DNA from: Capsulimonadaceae bacterium | GTDB lineage: Bacteria > Armatimonadota > Armatimonadia > Armatimonadales > Capsulimonadaceae | DNA length: 64,000 nt | NCBI GenBank assembly: GCA_965215505.1 | Contig: OZ244065.1 | Span: 736,001 to 800,000 of the forward strand | Direction of reading: 5' to 3' | Part shown: positions 6,219 to 14,983 of the stretch, one piece after another | Layout: each line of letters begins with the position of its first letter | How positions within the stretch are numbered: the first letter of the stretch is position 1 | Program-made: the position numbers and the translations under genes | The notes under the pieces: model-generated | Seen by the model: only the letters and a program-made list of their open reading frames with translations | What the model was told of the DNA's origin: nothing | Database searches by the model: none

Positions 6219-9134
6219 TCAGAGCGCGGCGCGCACCTGGAGGGAGCCGGGCTGCCGGGCGGCGGCGGCGCTGATGGCCTCCGCCGAGCCGAGGACGACG
6301 CGGCGGCCGGGTTCGCGCATGGCATCCAGCACGTCGGCGAAGGCCCGGAAGTCCTGCTCCGTGGTGGCAAGCACCTGGTCGCGCCAGCCCTGCCGCCAGG
6401 CGTCCGTCTCGCCTGTCAGGTGCCGCAGAAGGGAGACGTAGCCGCGCGCGTCCGGCAGCCGGTAGGTGTCTAAGCGGCCGATGGTGCCGATGATGCTGCG
6501 GGTCAGCTCCTTGTCATCCAGGGCCGCTGCGCGCAGGAAGGCACCCGCACCGTCGTAGACGCCAAAGGTGGCGTCCACGTTGGGGTCACGCCAGGACAGG
6601 TAGGACAGGACGCCCGTTGTCGGGTCGAAGATGCAGGTCCCGCCATACGCGCCGCCCTGGACCCGCACCTGCTGCCAGAGCCAGCTCGTGGAAATGAACC
6701 GGGTGATAACGGACGTCGAGCCGTTCTCGGCCAGGCCGAGCGCGTAGAGGTTTGCGGCCTTGCCGACGGAGTTGACCTGGGACGGCACGGTCCAGGCCTC
6801 GCCGCCGCCCGCCGCCGTCTGCCAGTCCCAGGAAGCCGGGGCGGCGGGGTCGGACGGCAGGGAGGCCAGGAAGTCCCGCACCAAGGGCTTGGCCTGCGCC
6901 CAGTTGTCGCCGTCCAGGGTGATGTTGCAGAGCATGGCGTCGCGGCTGACGAGGATCTGTTTCACCCGTTCCAGCGCCTCCCGCACGGCGGGCCAGTCGG
7001 CGTCTATCTTGCCGACCAGATCGCGCAGGAAGAACAGGAACTCCAGGCCGCGCAGACGCTCCTCCGCCCAGCCGGCCTCGCTCAATGGCGCATGCAGGCG
7101 GATCATGACATACCCGGCATCGGCGGAGGCGAGGGAGGATTCCATGCGGGCCTTCTCCTCCACCGCGATCTGACGGAAGCGGTCGCGGTCGTCCCAGCGG
7201 GCGGTCGTGAGTACGTCGCGCAGGATGTCCAGCATCTCGCCGGTGCGGGGTGCCAGGACCTTTCCGCGCAGGAACAGCCAGGCAGCGGCCTCGCCCCCGC
7301 CGCGCGCGTCGCCGGTGAACAGGTCTGGCCGGATGCCGCCGGTGACGCGCCCGATGCGCTGGGTCAGGCGGACGTAGTCCTCACGCTCGGTGCCGAGCTG
7401 GAGGATGGCCCGGCCGAACAGCGTGGCGTAAGGCAGCAGGTCCGGCGTCAGCCGGTGCAGGTCCAGGCCAACATCCAGATAGGCGATGCCGCTGGTGTTC
7501 AGGTCGTGGGTGACGATCCGCGCCCCGTCCGCCGTCTCGACACCGATGGGGATGGGCGTGTTCTTCAGGGGCAGGTCCGCGCGCCCCAGCATCGGCAGGG
7601 TCGCCAGGACCTCGGGCGGGTCGGGCGTCTCCTGGCGCTCCTTCAGCGCCCGCGTCCGCGCCGCGACTTCTTCGGTTTCGCCCGGCCCGAAGGCGGCGCG
7701 GGCGGCCTCCAGCCTGGCCTTCTCGGCGGCCTCCATGGCCTGCGTCAGCCCTGGGTCGGGCCGCAGCGTCAGTGTCGTCCGGTGCGGGTTGTCCACGAAG
7801 AGGCTCCGGATCATGCCTTCAAAGTAGGGGCCTGCCTGCGCCCGGCTCTTGATCGCCTCCAGCGGCGCGGCGTAGGCCAGCGGCCACCAGGGGTCGCCGC
7901 CGTAGGTCCAGGTGGTCAGCGCGGAGAACATCTGGGTCAGGCCGCGCGGCGTCCCGCCCGAGTTCATCTCGCGCTTGTCGAACTCGATGGTGTTCAGGGC
8001 GGCTTCCAGGGCCGCGTGGTCAATGCCTTCGTCGGCCAGGCGGCGCAGGGTGTCCAGCATCAAAGCTTCGACGGCGGGCGCGTCCGCCTCGCGCGTCCCG
8101 CGCAGGCCGAATGAGAAATAGCTCTGGCGCAGGAGTGCGGCCAGGCCAGGCCCGGCGACGTCCTCACCCAGCCCCGAGTCGGTGAGCGCTTTCCGCAGGG
8201 GCGAGGCGGGCGTACCCATCAGGATGTGGCGCAGGATGGCGAGCGAGAGAGCGGTTTCCGGGCTGTCCATTTCAGTCAGCAGCCAGTTGACGCAGACCTG
8301 GGCCTTGCGCTCATTGTCCCCGTCCGCACTGACGGCGTATTCGTGTGTCACCGACGTGGGCTGACTGAACCGGGCCTGGAGCGGGACGGGGGGCGCGGGC
8401 GGGAGCGGTTCGAACTCGCTCAGGTAGTCGTCGAGCAGGCGCAGACGCTCCTCGGGGGCGTCGTCGCCGCTGAAGAAGATGCGGGCGTTGGACGGGTGGT
8501 AATAGGCGCGGTGGAAGGCGACGAACTGCTCATAGGTCAGGTCCGGGATGTCCTTCGGGTCGCCGCCCGAGGACAGCCGGTAAAGCTGGTCGGGGAACAG
8601 GGACGCCTGGGCGTACTTGTAGATCAGGGACGACGGCGAGGAATAAGCGCCCTTCATCTCATTGAAGACGACGCCCTTGTAGATCAGGGGGTCGGCGGGG
8701 TCGTTCAGTTCGTAGTGCCAGCCCTGCTGCTCGAAGGTTTCGCGCGCCAGGCGCGGGTAGAACACGGTATCCAGATAGACGTCAACGAGGTTGTAAAAGT
8801 CGCGCGTGTTGACGCTGGCGATCGGATAGCAGGTCCGGTCGGGGTAAGTGAGGGCGTTCAGGAACGTGTTCAGGGACCCTTTGATGAGTTCCACGAAAGG
8901 GTCTTTAAGGGGGTACTTGCGCGAGCCGCACAGGACGCAGTGTTCCAGGATGTGCGCGACGCCCGTCGAGTCCGAGGGGGGCGTGACGAAGGTGATACCG
9001 AAGCACTTGTTCTCGTCGTCGCTTTCCAAAGACAGCAACTCGGCCCCGGTCTTCATGTGCCGGTAAAGCCGCGCCTCGGTGCCGAGTTCCGCGATAGGCT
9101 GGTCGCGCACCAGCTCGAAGCCGTGGAGGTTCAT
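6219..9134 (-). CDS. Insulinase-family zinc metallopeptidase M16C (presequence protease PreP-like)
   Basis: Inverted zinc motif HILEH, GSRKYPLKDPF, LNALTYPD, GVVFNEMKG and VRVQGGAYG. Start MNLHGF at 9134. Confidence 0.95.
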   Translation of the reverse strand: MNLHGFELVRDQPIAELGTEARLYRHMKTGAELLSLESDDENKCFGITFVTPPSDSTGVAHILEHCVLCGSRKYPLKDPFVELIKGSLNTFLNALTYPDRTCYPIASVNTRDFYNLVDVYLDTVFYPRLARETFEQQGWHYELNDPADPLIYKGVVFNEMKGAYSSPSSLIYKYAQASLFPDQLYRLSSGGDPKDIPDLTYEQFVAFHRAYYHPSNARIFFSGDDAPEERLRLLDDYLSEFEPLPPAPPVPLQARFSQPTSVTHEYAVSADGDNERKAQVCVNWLLTEMDSPETALSLAILRHILMGTPASPLRKALTDSGLGEDVAGPGLAALLRQSYFSFGLRGTREADAPAVEALMLDTLRRLADEGIDHAALEAALNTIEFDKREMNSGGTPRGLTQMFSALTTWTYGGDPWWPLAYAAPLEAIKSRAQAGPYFEGMIRSLFVDNPHRTTLTLRPDPGLTQAMEAAEKARLEAARAAFGPGETEEVAARTRALKERQETPDPPEVLATLPMLGRADLPLKNTPIPIGVETADGARIVTHDLNTSGIAYLDVGLDLHRLTPDLLPYATLFGRAILQLGTEREDYVRLTQRIGRVTGGIRPDLFTGDARGGGEAAAWLFLRGKVLAPRTGEMLDILRDVLTTARWDDRDRFRQIAVEEKARMESSLASADAGYVMIRLHAPLSEAGWAEERLRGLEFLFFLRDLVGKIDADWPAVREALERVKQILVSRDAMLCNITLDGDNWAQAKPLVRDFLASLPSDPAAPASWDWQTAAGGGEAWTVPSQVNSVGKAANLYALGLAENGSTSVITRFISTSWLWQQVRVQGGAYGGTCIFDPTTGVLSYLSWRDPNVDATFGVYDGAGAFLRAAALDDKELTRSIIGTIGRLDTYRLPDARGYVSLLRHLTGETDAWRQGWRDQVLATTEQDFRAFADVLDAMREPGRRVVLGSAEAISAAAARQPGSLQVRAAL

Positions 9135-9168
9135 GGATGGTTCTCTTTCTAAGGTGTGTGCGGCTGCC

Positions 9169-10395
9169 CTAGGCACCCAATCCCGCGCCGCCGCCGACGC
9201 CGCGCTCTTCGGCTTTGGCCTGGGCGTAGCCGCTCTCGGCGAAACCGCGCAGCGGGTCCGTGGGGTCCGGCAGGGCGAGGTCGGAGCGCACTTTCCACAG
9301 CAAGGGCCGGACGTCGGTCGCGAAGGCGGACTTGATGATCTCCTCGGCGGCGACAAGGTCCTCCGACTGACGCGCCTGGGCCAGCGCGGGTTGGTTTACG
9401 AGTAGGGCTTTGGCGTAGGCGGTTTGCAGGGCAATCAGGCTCTGGATCATCTCGGCGACCTTGTTTTTGAGCGTGTGGCTCTCGTCTATCATGTAGGCGA
9501 CGTCGCTGGCGATGCCGTCGTTCTCCCCGGCGACCAGTTCCGTGTAGATCAGGTACAGCTCGTAGGGGTTGACCGAGCCGGTCGTCAGGTCGTCGTCGGC
9601 GTACTTGCGGTTGTTGAAGTGGAAGCCGCCCAGGCGGCCCTCGTCCAGCAGGAAGGCGACGATGTGTTCGATGTTCGCGCCGGGCAGGTGGTGGCCCAGA
9701 TCCACCAGCACCTGGGCGCGTTCGCCTAGCCCAGCGCACAAGGCGTAGGCCATGCCCCAGTCGGCGATGTCGGTGTGGTAGAAGGCCGGCTCGAACGGCT
9801 TGTACTCGATCAGCATCCTTTGGTCGCCTTTGAGGTCGGCGTAGACTTCCGCCAAGCCCTCGGCGAAGCAGCGTTTGCGCGCCCGCATGTCCCCCTGGCC
9901 GGGGAAATTGGTGCCGTCGGCGAACCACAATGACAGGTTCCTGCTGCCGACGGTGTCCATGATCCCGACGCACTCGCGCATGTGGGCGACGGCCTTGTCC
10001 CGGACGGCAGGCCGGGCGCTGCCCAGGCTGCCGAACCGGTAATCATGGTCCTGGAAGACGTTCGGGTTGACCGCGCCGACCGAGAGGCCCAGTGAGCGCG
10101 CGTAGGCCGACAACTCCGACCAGTCCGCCCCGGCGTCCCACGGGATGTGGACGGCGACGCTCGGGGCGATGCCCGTGTACCGATGCGCCTGGGCGGCGTC
10201 CTCGAACTTCTCGAACACGGTGCGCGGCGCACCGGCCATTCGGAACGCCCCGAAGCGCGTCCCGCTGTCCGCGTATCCCCAGGAAGGCGTCTCGACCGCC
10301 TGCGTTTTCAGCCGCGCCTCGGCGGCGGCGACGTCTATCCCGTCATCGGCCAGACGCCGCGCGAGCAGATCATATTCGGCTTGATAGTTCGGCAT
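9169..10395 (-). CDS. rhaI: L-rhamnose isomerase (RhaI type, xylose-isomerase fold)
   Basis: ETPSWG, HIPWD, WFADGTNFPGQ, EYKPFEPAFYHTD, DLGHH and HFNNRKYADDDL. Start MPNYQ at 10395. Confidence 0.92.
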   Translation of the reverse strand: MPNYQAEYDLLARRLADDGIDVAAAEARLKTQAVETPSWGYADSGTRFGAFRMAGAPRTVFEKFEDAAQAHRYTGIAPSVAVHIPWDAGADWSELSAYARSLGLSVGAVNPNVFQDHDYRFGSLGSARPAVRDKAVAHMRECVGIMDTVGSRNLSLWFADGTNFPGQGDMRARKRCFAEGLAEVYADLKGDQRMLIEYKPFEPAFYHTDIADWGMAYALCAGLGERAQVLVDLGHHLPGANIEHIVAFLLDEGRLGGFHFNNRKYADDDLTTGSVNPYELYLIYTELVAGENDGIASDVAYMIDESHTLKNKVAEMIQSLIALQTAYAKALLVNQPALAQARQSEDLVAAEEIIKSAFATDVRPLLWKVRSDLALPDPTDPLRGFAESGYAQAKAEERGVGGGAGLGA

Positions 10396-10457
10396 GGAAA
10401 ATCTCCCCTGCCCCTTAATTTCCCCGCCGGGCGTTCTTTTCCCTGCTTCCCTTCGCC

Positions 10458-10486
10458 TTGACAACGGAGCAGGCGCAAGGTACACT
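10458..10486 (+). promoter_or_regulatory. sigma70-type promoter for aroF
   Basis: TTGACA-N17-TACACT. Confidence 0.7.
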
Positions 10487-10546
10487 GAAAGACGCTATTT
10501 TGAGTGACAAACTATTTCGAGGCGGCAGCGGTCCGAGGAGCAGGCA

Positions 10547-11578
10547 ATGATCATCATACTCTCGTCAGCGGCGACGAAGGAGAACTTGAAGCAAGTGACA
10601 CAGATGCTGGAGGAGCGCGGCTACGGCGTCCATCTCTCCGAGGGCGTGGAGACGACCATCGTGGGCGCGGTGGGCGTCCCCAACGACCCCTCGGGTAAGG
10701 CCGAAGTGATGGAGCAGTTCGCAGCCCTGCCCTTCGTGGACAGAGTCGTCCCGGTCACCAAGCCTTACAAGGTCGTCAACAAGCAGTTCCACCCGGAGCC
10801 GACCGTCATCAACGTGCGCGGCGTCCTCATCGGCGACCCGACTTTTGTCGCCGTCATGGCCGGCCCCTGCACGGTGGAAACCGAGCCTCAGCTCATGGAG
10901 GCCGCCCGCGCCGTCAAGGCCGCCGGGGCGCACATCCTGCGCGGGGGGGCCTACAAGCCCAGCACGTCCCCCTACTCCTTCCACGGCCACGGCGAGCCGG
11001 CCCTGAAGATGCTGGCCCAAGCGCGCGAAGAACTCGGCATGCCGATCATCACCGAAGTCTTAGACGTCCGTGACGTGGAACTCGTCTGCAAATACGCCGA
11101 CATCTTGCAGGTCGGGACGCGCAACATGGCGAACTTCCCGCTCCTGACCGAGATCGGCATGACGCAGACGCCGGTCATGCTCAAGCGCGGCATGGCGGCG
11201 ACCATTGAAGAATGGCTGCAAGCCGCCGAGTATATCGCGAGCCGGGGCAACAAGAACGTCATGCTCTGCGAGCGCGGCATCCGCACGTTCGAGACCTACA
11301 CCCGCAACACCTTCGACATCAACGCCGTCGCCGCCGTCAAGGAATTGTCGCACCTGCCCATCATCGCCGACCCCTCCCACGCCACCGGCAAGGCCAGTCT
11401 GGTCAACGCTGTGACCCGCGCCGCCATCGCCGCCGGTGCGGACGGCGTCATCATCGAGGTCCACCCGAACCCCGAGAAGGCCCTGAAGGACGGCGCCCAG
11501 TCCCTCCTGCCCGAAGCCTTCGTGAAACTGATGCACGACATCGCCCCCATCGCGCAGGCCGTGGGGCGGCACCTGTAG
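10547..11578 (+). CDS. aroF: DAHP synthase class I-beta with N-terminal regulatory (ACT-like) domain
   Basis: AGPC, RGGAYKP, LKRG, CERGIRTF, DPSH and IEVHP motifs; AGGAG RBS. The KPRTS motif reads KPSTS. Confidence 0.93.
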   Translation: MIIILSSAATKENLKQVTQMLEERGYGVHLSEGVETTIVGAVGVPNDPSGKAEVMEQFAALPFVDRVVPVTKPYKVVNKQFHPEPTVINVRGVLIGDPTFVAVMAGPCTVETEPQLMEAARAVKAAGAHILRGGAYKPSTSPYSFHGHGEPALKMLAQAREELGMPIITEVLDVRDVELVCKYADILQVGTRNMANFPLLTEIGMTQTPVMLKRGMAATIEEWLQAAEYIASRGNKNVMLCERGIRTFETYTRNTFDINAVAAVKELSHLPIIADPSHATGKASLVNAVTRAAIAAGADGVIIEVHPNPEKALKDGAQSLLPEAFVKLMHDIAPIAQAVGRHL

Positions 11579-11607
11579 ACGGGCCACGAGGCAAAGAGGA
11601 AAACGAC

Positions 11608-11659
11608 GAGGCCGCAGAGAATGAGCGTTTTAGCAACGCTTCTCTGCGGCCTCCGTTTT
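11608..11659 (+). terminator. Long hairpin / likely intrinsic terminator after aroF
   Basis: gaggccgcagagaa..ttctctgcggcctc stem, flanked by aaaacg and cgtttt. Confidence 0.6.
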
Positions 11660-11688
11660 GTTGCCGCACACGCTGTACTTGGGACGAA

Positions 11689-11880
11689 ATGCGGACACCC
11701 AAACAATTCGGTCTTTGTCTATTTGCCGTCGCCTGTTGCTGCACACCCTACATCGGCTGGCTCCTCTGGCGAAAACATATGCGGATAGGACGCTGGGATT
11801 TGGAAGCGTATGATGTGTACCTTGCTCAGAGTAATCTTGGGCAACCGCCGAAAACACTTTTGCGCCAAACCGGACCGTAA
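11689..11880 (+). CDS. Possible small membrane protein (63 aa)
   Basis: MRTPKQFGLCLFAVACCCTPYIGWLLWRKH has one hydrophobic segment. It ends 9 nt before the antitoxin. No homology recognised. Confidence 0.3.
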   Translation: MRTPKQFGLCLFAVACCCTPYIGWLLWRKHMRIGRWDLEAYDVYLAQSNLGQPPKTLLRQTGP

Positions 11881-11889
11881 GGAGACTTT

Positions 11890-12168
11890 ATGACCATTAC
11901 ACTTGCACCGCAGACCGAGGCGAAACTAAAAGAAATGGCGAGTCGGGAGGGCCGTGAGGTAAACGCATTGGCCGACGATTTGCTGGCTGCTGTGGTGGAA
12001 GCCGCCGACCGGGACCATCTGGAAATGCTGGAGGGCATCGAGCGCGGACGGCAGGCCTATGCAGAAGGCCGGTCACGCCCTTTCTCTGAATATGTGTCTG
12101 ATGTCTTACAGCGTCGTCAAGACCGTGATGCCGCTCACACACAGGAGCCAGAGAAAATTGCCGCCTGA
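11890..12168 (+). CDS. Putative antitoxin (ribbon-helix-helix/CopG-like N-terminus)
   Basis: MTITLAPQTEAKLKEMA.REG and EGIERG..AY.EGRSRPF. Lies directly upstream of a ParE/RelE toxin; GGAG RBS. Confidence 0.75.
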   Translation: MTITLAPQTEAKLKEMASREGREVNALADDLLAAVVEAADRDHLEMLEGIERGRQAYAEGRSRPFSEYVSDVLQRRQDRDAAHTQEPEKIAA

Positions 12169-12538
12169 TGCCCCCGAAGATGACGAGCCACGCATCTACA
12201 TCGTGCGCTTGTCTGAACCTGCTGAAGCTGAGATAGAAGCCGCCTATCTTCACCTGATGGGGGCCATTTCTTTCTCGTTTGCAAATCGCTGGCAGGATGG
12301 GCTTTTTCAGGCGATTAACGGCTTGTCTCTGTTCCCATTGCGCTATGAGGCAGTGCAAGGGCGCGGCAAGTCTCAGAGTTCAGCACGGCGCTTGGTCTAT
12401 CGACAAGGGCGAGTCGTCTACCGTGTCCTCTTCGACCTTGTGGATGAGGATGATGACGGAGAGTTGGACACGATTGTGATCTTGCATATCCGTCACGGCG
12501 CACAATCAGACTCATCCGAGGAAGACGAAGCCATCTAG
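12158..12538 (+). CDS. RelE/ParE family toxin
   Basis: YIVRLSEPAEAEIEAAY, L.LFPLRY, YRVLF and ILHIRHGAQ. Probable TTG start at 12158 with AGGAG RBS, overlapping the antitoxin stop. Confidence 0.85.
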   Translation: MPPDAPEDDEPRIYIVRLSEPAEAEIEAAYLHLMGAISFSFANRWQDGLFQAINGLSLFPLRYEAVQGRGKSQSSARRLVYRQGRVVYRVLFDLVDEDDDGELDTIVILHIRHGAQSDSSEEDEAI

Positions 12539-12553
12539 AAAGGAACACCCATC

Positions 12554-12871
12554 ATGGCATTTGACCAGTATCACGAACCGCCGGGCGAGCTTTCGCAGGA
12601 GACGCGGACGTTTGCTCGAATGATCGCGTCGCTCACCGAAGAAGCCGAGGCGATCAACTGGTACGAGCAGCGGCTTTCGGTCGAGAAGAACAAGGACGCG
12701 CGGGCGATCATGGCGAACGCCCAGCAGGAGGAGTTCAAGCACTTCGGCATGGACCTGGAGTTCCTGCTGCGCCAGAAGCCGAAGTGGCGGATCGCGATGC
12801 AGAAGATCCTGTTCCAAGACGGCGACATCGTGGAGCATGGGGAAGAAGCCGAAAAGGCCGAGGACGAGTAG
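12554..12871 (+). CDS. Ferritin-like protein (encapsulated-ferritin/Flp family)
   Basis: HEP..EL..ETR, SL.EEAEAINWYEQR, EEFKH and LEFLLR..W...LF match the EncFtn signature. Confidence 0.85.
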   Translation: MAFDQYHEPPGELSQETRTFARMIASLTEEAEAINWYEQRLSVEKNKDARAIMANAQQEEFKHFGMDLEFLLRQKPKWRIAMQKILFQDGDIVEHGEEAEKAEDE

Positions 12872-12898
12872 GCTCTTAGGAATCAGGATACGGAGCGG

Positions 12899-13399
12899 AT
12901 GACGTTCACACCACTCACGCGCGCCGGGCTGGTCATCGGGCTGGGGATCGGCGGGTTCTTTGACGGGATCGTGCTGCACCAGATCCTCCAGTGGCATCAC
13001 CTGGTCTGCTTCACGCCGGACTGTAAGCCGACCTCGGTGGAAATGCTCCAGCACCAGAACACGCAGGACGGGTACTTCCATCTGGCGGTCTGGATGCTGA
13101 CCATCCTCGGGACCATCCTTCTTTTTCGGGCCGCCCGTCAGCCGGACACGCCCTGGACCGCGAAGGCGTTCGGCGGGTCGGTCCTGGCCGGCTGGGGCAC
13201 GTTCAACTTCGTGGAGGGCCTGATAGACCACCAGATATTAGGCATTCACCACGTCCTGCCCGGCCTGCACCAGTTCGCCGCAGACATGGCGTTCCTGGCC
13301 TCCGGTGTGCTGCTGGCGGTCGGCGGGTGGCTGCTGGCCTCAGCGGGCGGCGCGGGCCCACAGGGGCGGCAGGTGGAAGCAGTCACCAGCCCGGCGTAA
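12899..13399 (+). CDS. DUF2243 family membrane protein
   Basis: GLGIGGFFDGIVLHQILQWHH, DG.FH and GWG.FN.VEGLIDHQILGIHHV. Confidence 0.9.
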   Translation: MTFTPLTRAGLVIGLGIGGFFDGIVLHQILQWHHLVCFTPDCKPTSVEMLQHQNTQDGYFHLAVWMLTILGTILLFRAARQPDTPWTAKAFGGSVLAGWGTFNFVEGLIDHQILGIHHVLPGLHQFAADMAFLASGVLLAVGGWLLASAGGAGPQGRQVEAVTSPA

Positions 13400-13401
13400 G
13401 C

Positions 13402-13435
13402 GGAACAGACAGGGGAACAGACAGGGGAACAGACA
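13402..13435 (+). repeat. 12-bp tandem repeat (GGAACAGACAGG x3) covering the Uma2 RBS
   Basis: ggaacagaca at 13402, 13414 and 13426. The last copy runs into the ATG at 13435. Confidence 0.85.
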
Positions 13436-14031
13436 TGGCACTGGCGCGGCAGTACGCTGACCCGTACATCGAGAAGACGTACTACACGGAGGCCGAATAC
13501 TTCGAGTTCGAGCGCACGGCGTTTGGGCGCTGGGAGTATGTGAACGGCGAGATACGCCAGATGAGCGGTGGGACGACCGACCACGGGGCGATCAGCATGA
13601 ACATAGGCCGAATACTCGGCAATGTTTTAGTTCCGCGCGGTTGCCGCATATACGGCTCAGATGTCAAGATTCACACGGGCGACGGCATCAATACGTTTCC
13701 AGACATCTCCGTGATCTGCGGGGAACATCATTATTATCTGGGCAAAAAGGACGTCGTCCTGAACCCGTTGCTAGTTGTGGAGGTGCTTTCGCCCTTTACG
13801 GAGGGCTATGACCGGGGCAAGAAGTTCGACCACTACCAGACGATCTCGTCGCTCCAGGATTATCTGCTGGTAGAGCAAGACCAAGCCCGCGTACTTCTGT
13901 TCACGCGCGACAATAGCCACTGGGAGATGCGGGAGGTGAGAGGGCTGGAGGGCACTGTTCACCTGCCTTCCGTGGATGTGACGCTCGCACTCAGCGACGT
14001 GTACGCACTGATCGAGTTCGGCGCGGAGTGA
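13435..14031 (+). CDS. Uma2 family endonuclease-like protein
   Basis: EYVNGEIRQMSGGT..H, PDISVIC, LVVEVLSP.TEGYDRGKKF..Y and YLLVEQD. Confidence 0.92.
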   Translation: MALARQYADPYIEKTYYTEAEYFEFERTAFGRWEYVNGEIRQMSGGTTDHGAISMNIGRILGNVLVPRGCRIYGSDVKIHTGDGINTFPDISVICGEHHYYLGKKDVVLNPLLVVEVLSPFTEGYDRGKKFDHYQTISSLQDYLLVEQDQARVLLFTRDNSHWEMREVRGLEGTVHLPSVDVTLALSDVYALIEFGAE

Positions 14032-14909
14032 CCATGACAGACGAAGCACACTTTCCGGGGCATTTTGGGACCGTCGCCATCGTTGGCGTCGGGCTGATCG
14101 GCGGGTCGCTGGGCATGGCCTTGAAGGGGCGGCGGCTGGCGCAGCGGGTCATCGGGATCGGGCGGAACCCCGAGCGGCTGGACAAAGCCGTCGCCCTGGG
14201 GGCGATTGATGTGGGGGTGACGGACCTGACGCGGGGCGTGGCCGGGGCGGACGTGGTCGTGCTGTGTACCACGGTCGGGCACATCGTCGAGACGCTGCCC
14301 GGTGTGCTGGAAGCGGTCAGGCGTGGCGCGGTGGTCACGGACGTGGGCAGCACGAAGGGGGCCATCGCCCGGCGGGCGGCGGGGTCCCCGCTTTTCGTCG
14401 GCGGCCACCCGATGGCCGGGTCGGAGCAGGCGGGAGTGGAGTCGGCGACGCCGCTGCTGTTTGAGGAGGCGACCTGGGCGGTGACACCAACAGAAGAAAC
14501 CGATCCGGGGGCGCTCAGGACCGTGGAGCGGCTGGCGCGTGAGGTGGGGGCGACGACACTAACGCTTTCGCCCGAGGCGCACGACGCCATGCTGGCCGTG
14601 ACCAGCCACCTGCCGCACGTCCTGGCCTCGGCTTTGATGCGGCAGGCGGCGGCGGCGCAGCGGGTCCACGCGCAGACGCAACGGCTGACGGCGGGCAGTT
14701 TCGCCGACGCGACGCGCGTAGCGGCGAGTCCGCCGGAGATCTGGCGCGACGTCTGCCTGACCAACCGGGAAGCGCTGCTGGCCGCACTGCACGGGTTCCG
14801 GGCGGAACTGGATGCGCTGGAAGAGGCGGTGGGGGCGGGCGATGCGGCCCGGATTGAGGCTTTCTTCGCGGCGGGCGTGGAGGCGAAACGCGGCTGGGGC
14901 CGGTTGTAG
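14028..14909 (+). CDS. tyrA: Prephenate/arogenate dehydrogenase
   Basis: GVGLIGGS Rossmann motif, TDVGSTK, GGHPMAGSE, HD..LAVTSHLPH and TRVAAS. Start is GTG 14028 or ATG 14034. Confidence 0.93.
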   Translation: MTMTDEAHFPGHFGTVAIVGVGLIGGSLGMALKGRRLAQRVIGIGRNPERLDKAVALGAIDVGVTDLTRGVAGADVVVLCTTVGHIVETLPGVLEAVRRGAVVTDVGSTKGAIARRAAGSPLFVGGHPMAGSEQAGVESATPLLFEEATWAVTPTEETDPGALRTVERLAREVGATTLTLSPEAHDAMLAVTSHLPHVLASALMRQAAAAQRVHAQTQRLTAGSFADATRVAASPPEIWRDVCLTNREALLAALHGFRAELDALEEAVGAGDAARIEAFFAAGVEAKRGWGRL

Positions 14910-14938
14910 TGGGGAGCAGAAGGACGAACGCATGAGGG

Positions 14939-14966
14939 AGGGCGAACACAAGGTTCGCCCTTTTTT
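14939..14966 (+). terminator. REP-like hairpin followed by a T tract (terminator between convergent genes)
   Basis: agggcgaac-acaag-gttcgccct followed by ttttt. Confidence 0.7.
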
Positions 14967-14983
14967 ATTGCCCAGACATTATC

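Noticed and set aside
11580..12540. Prophage or integrative element
   Set aside because: No integrase, att-like direct repeats, tRNA target or phage genes; only a small lower-GC islet.
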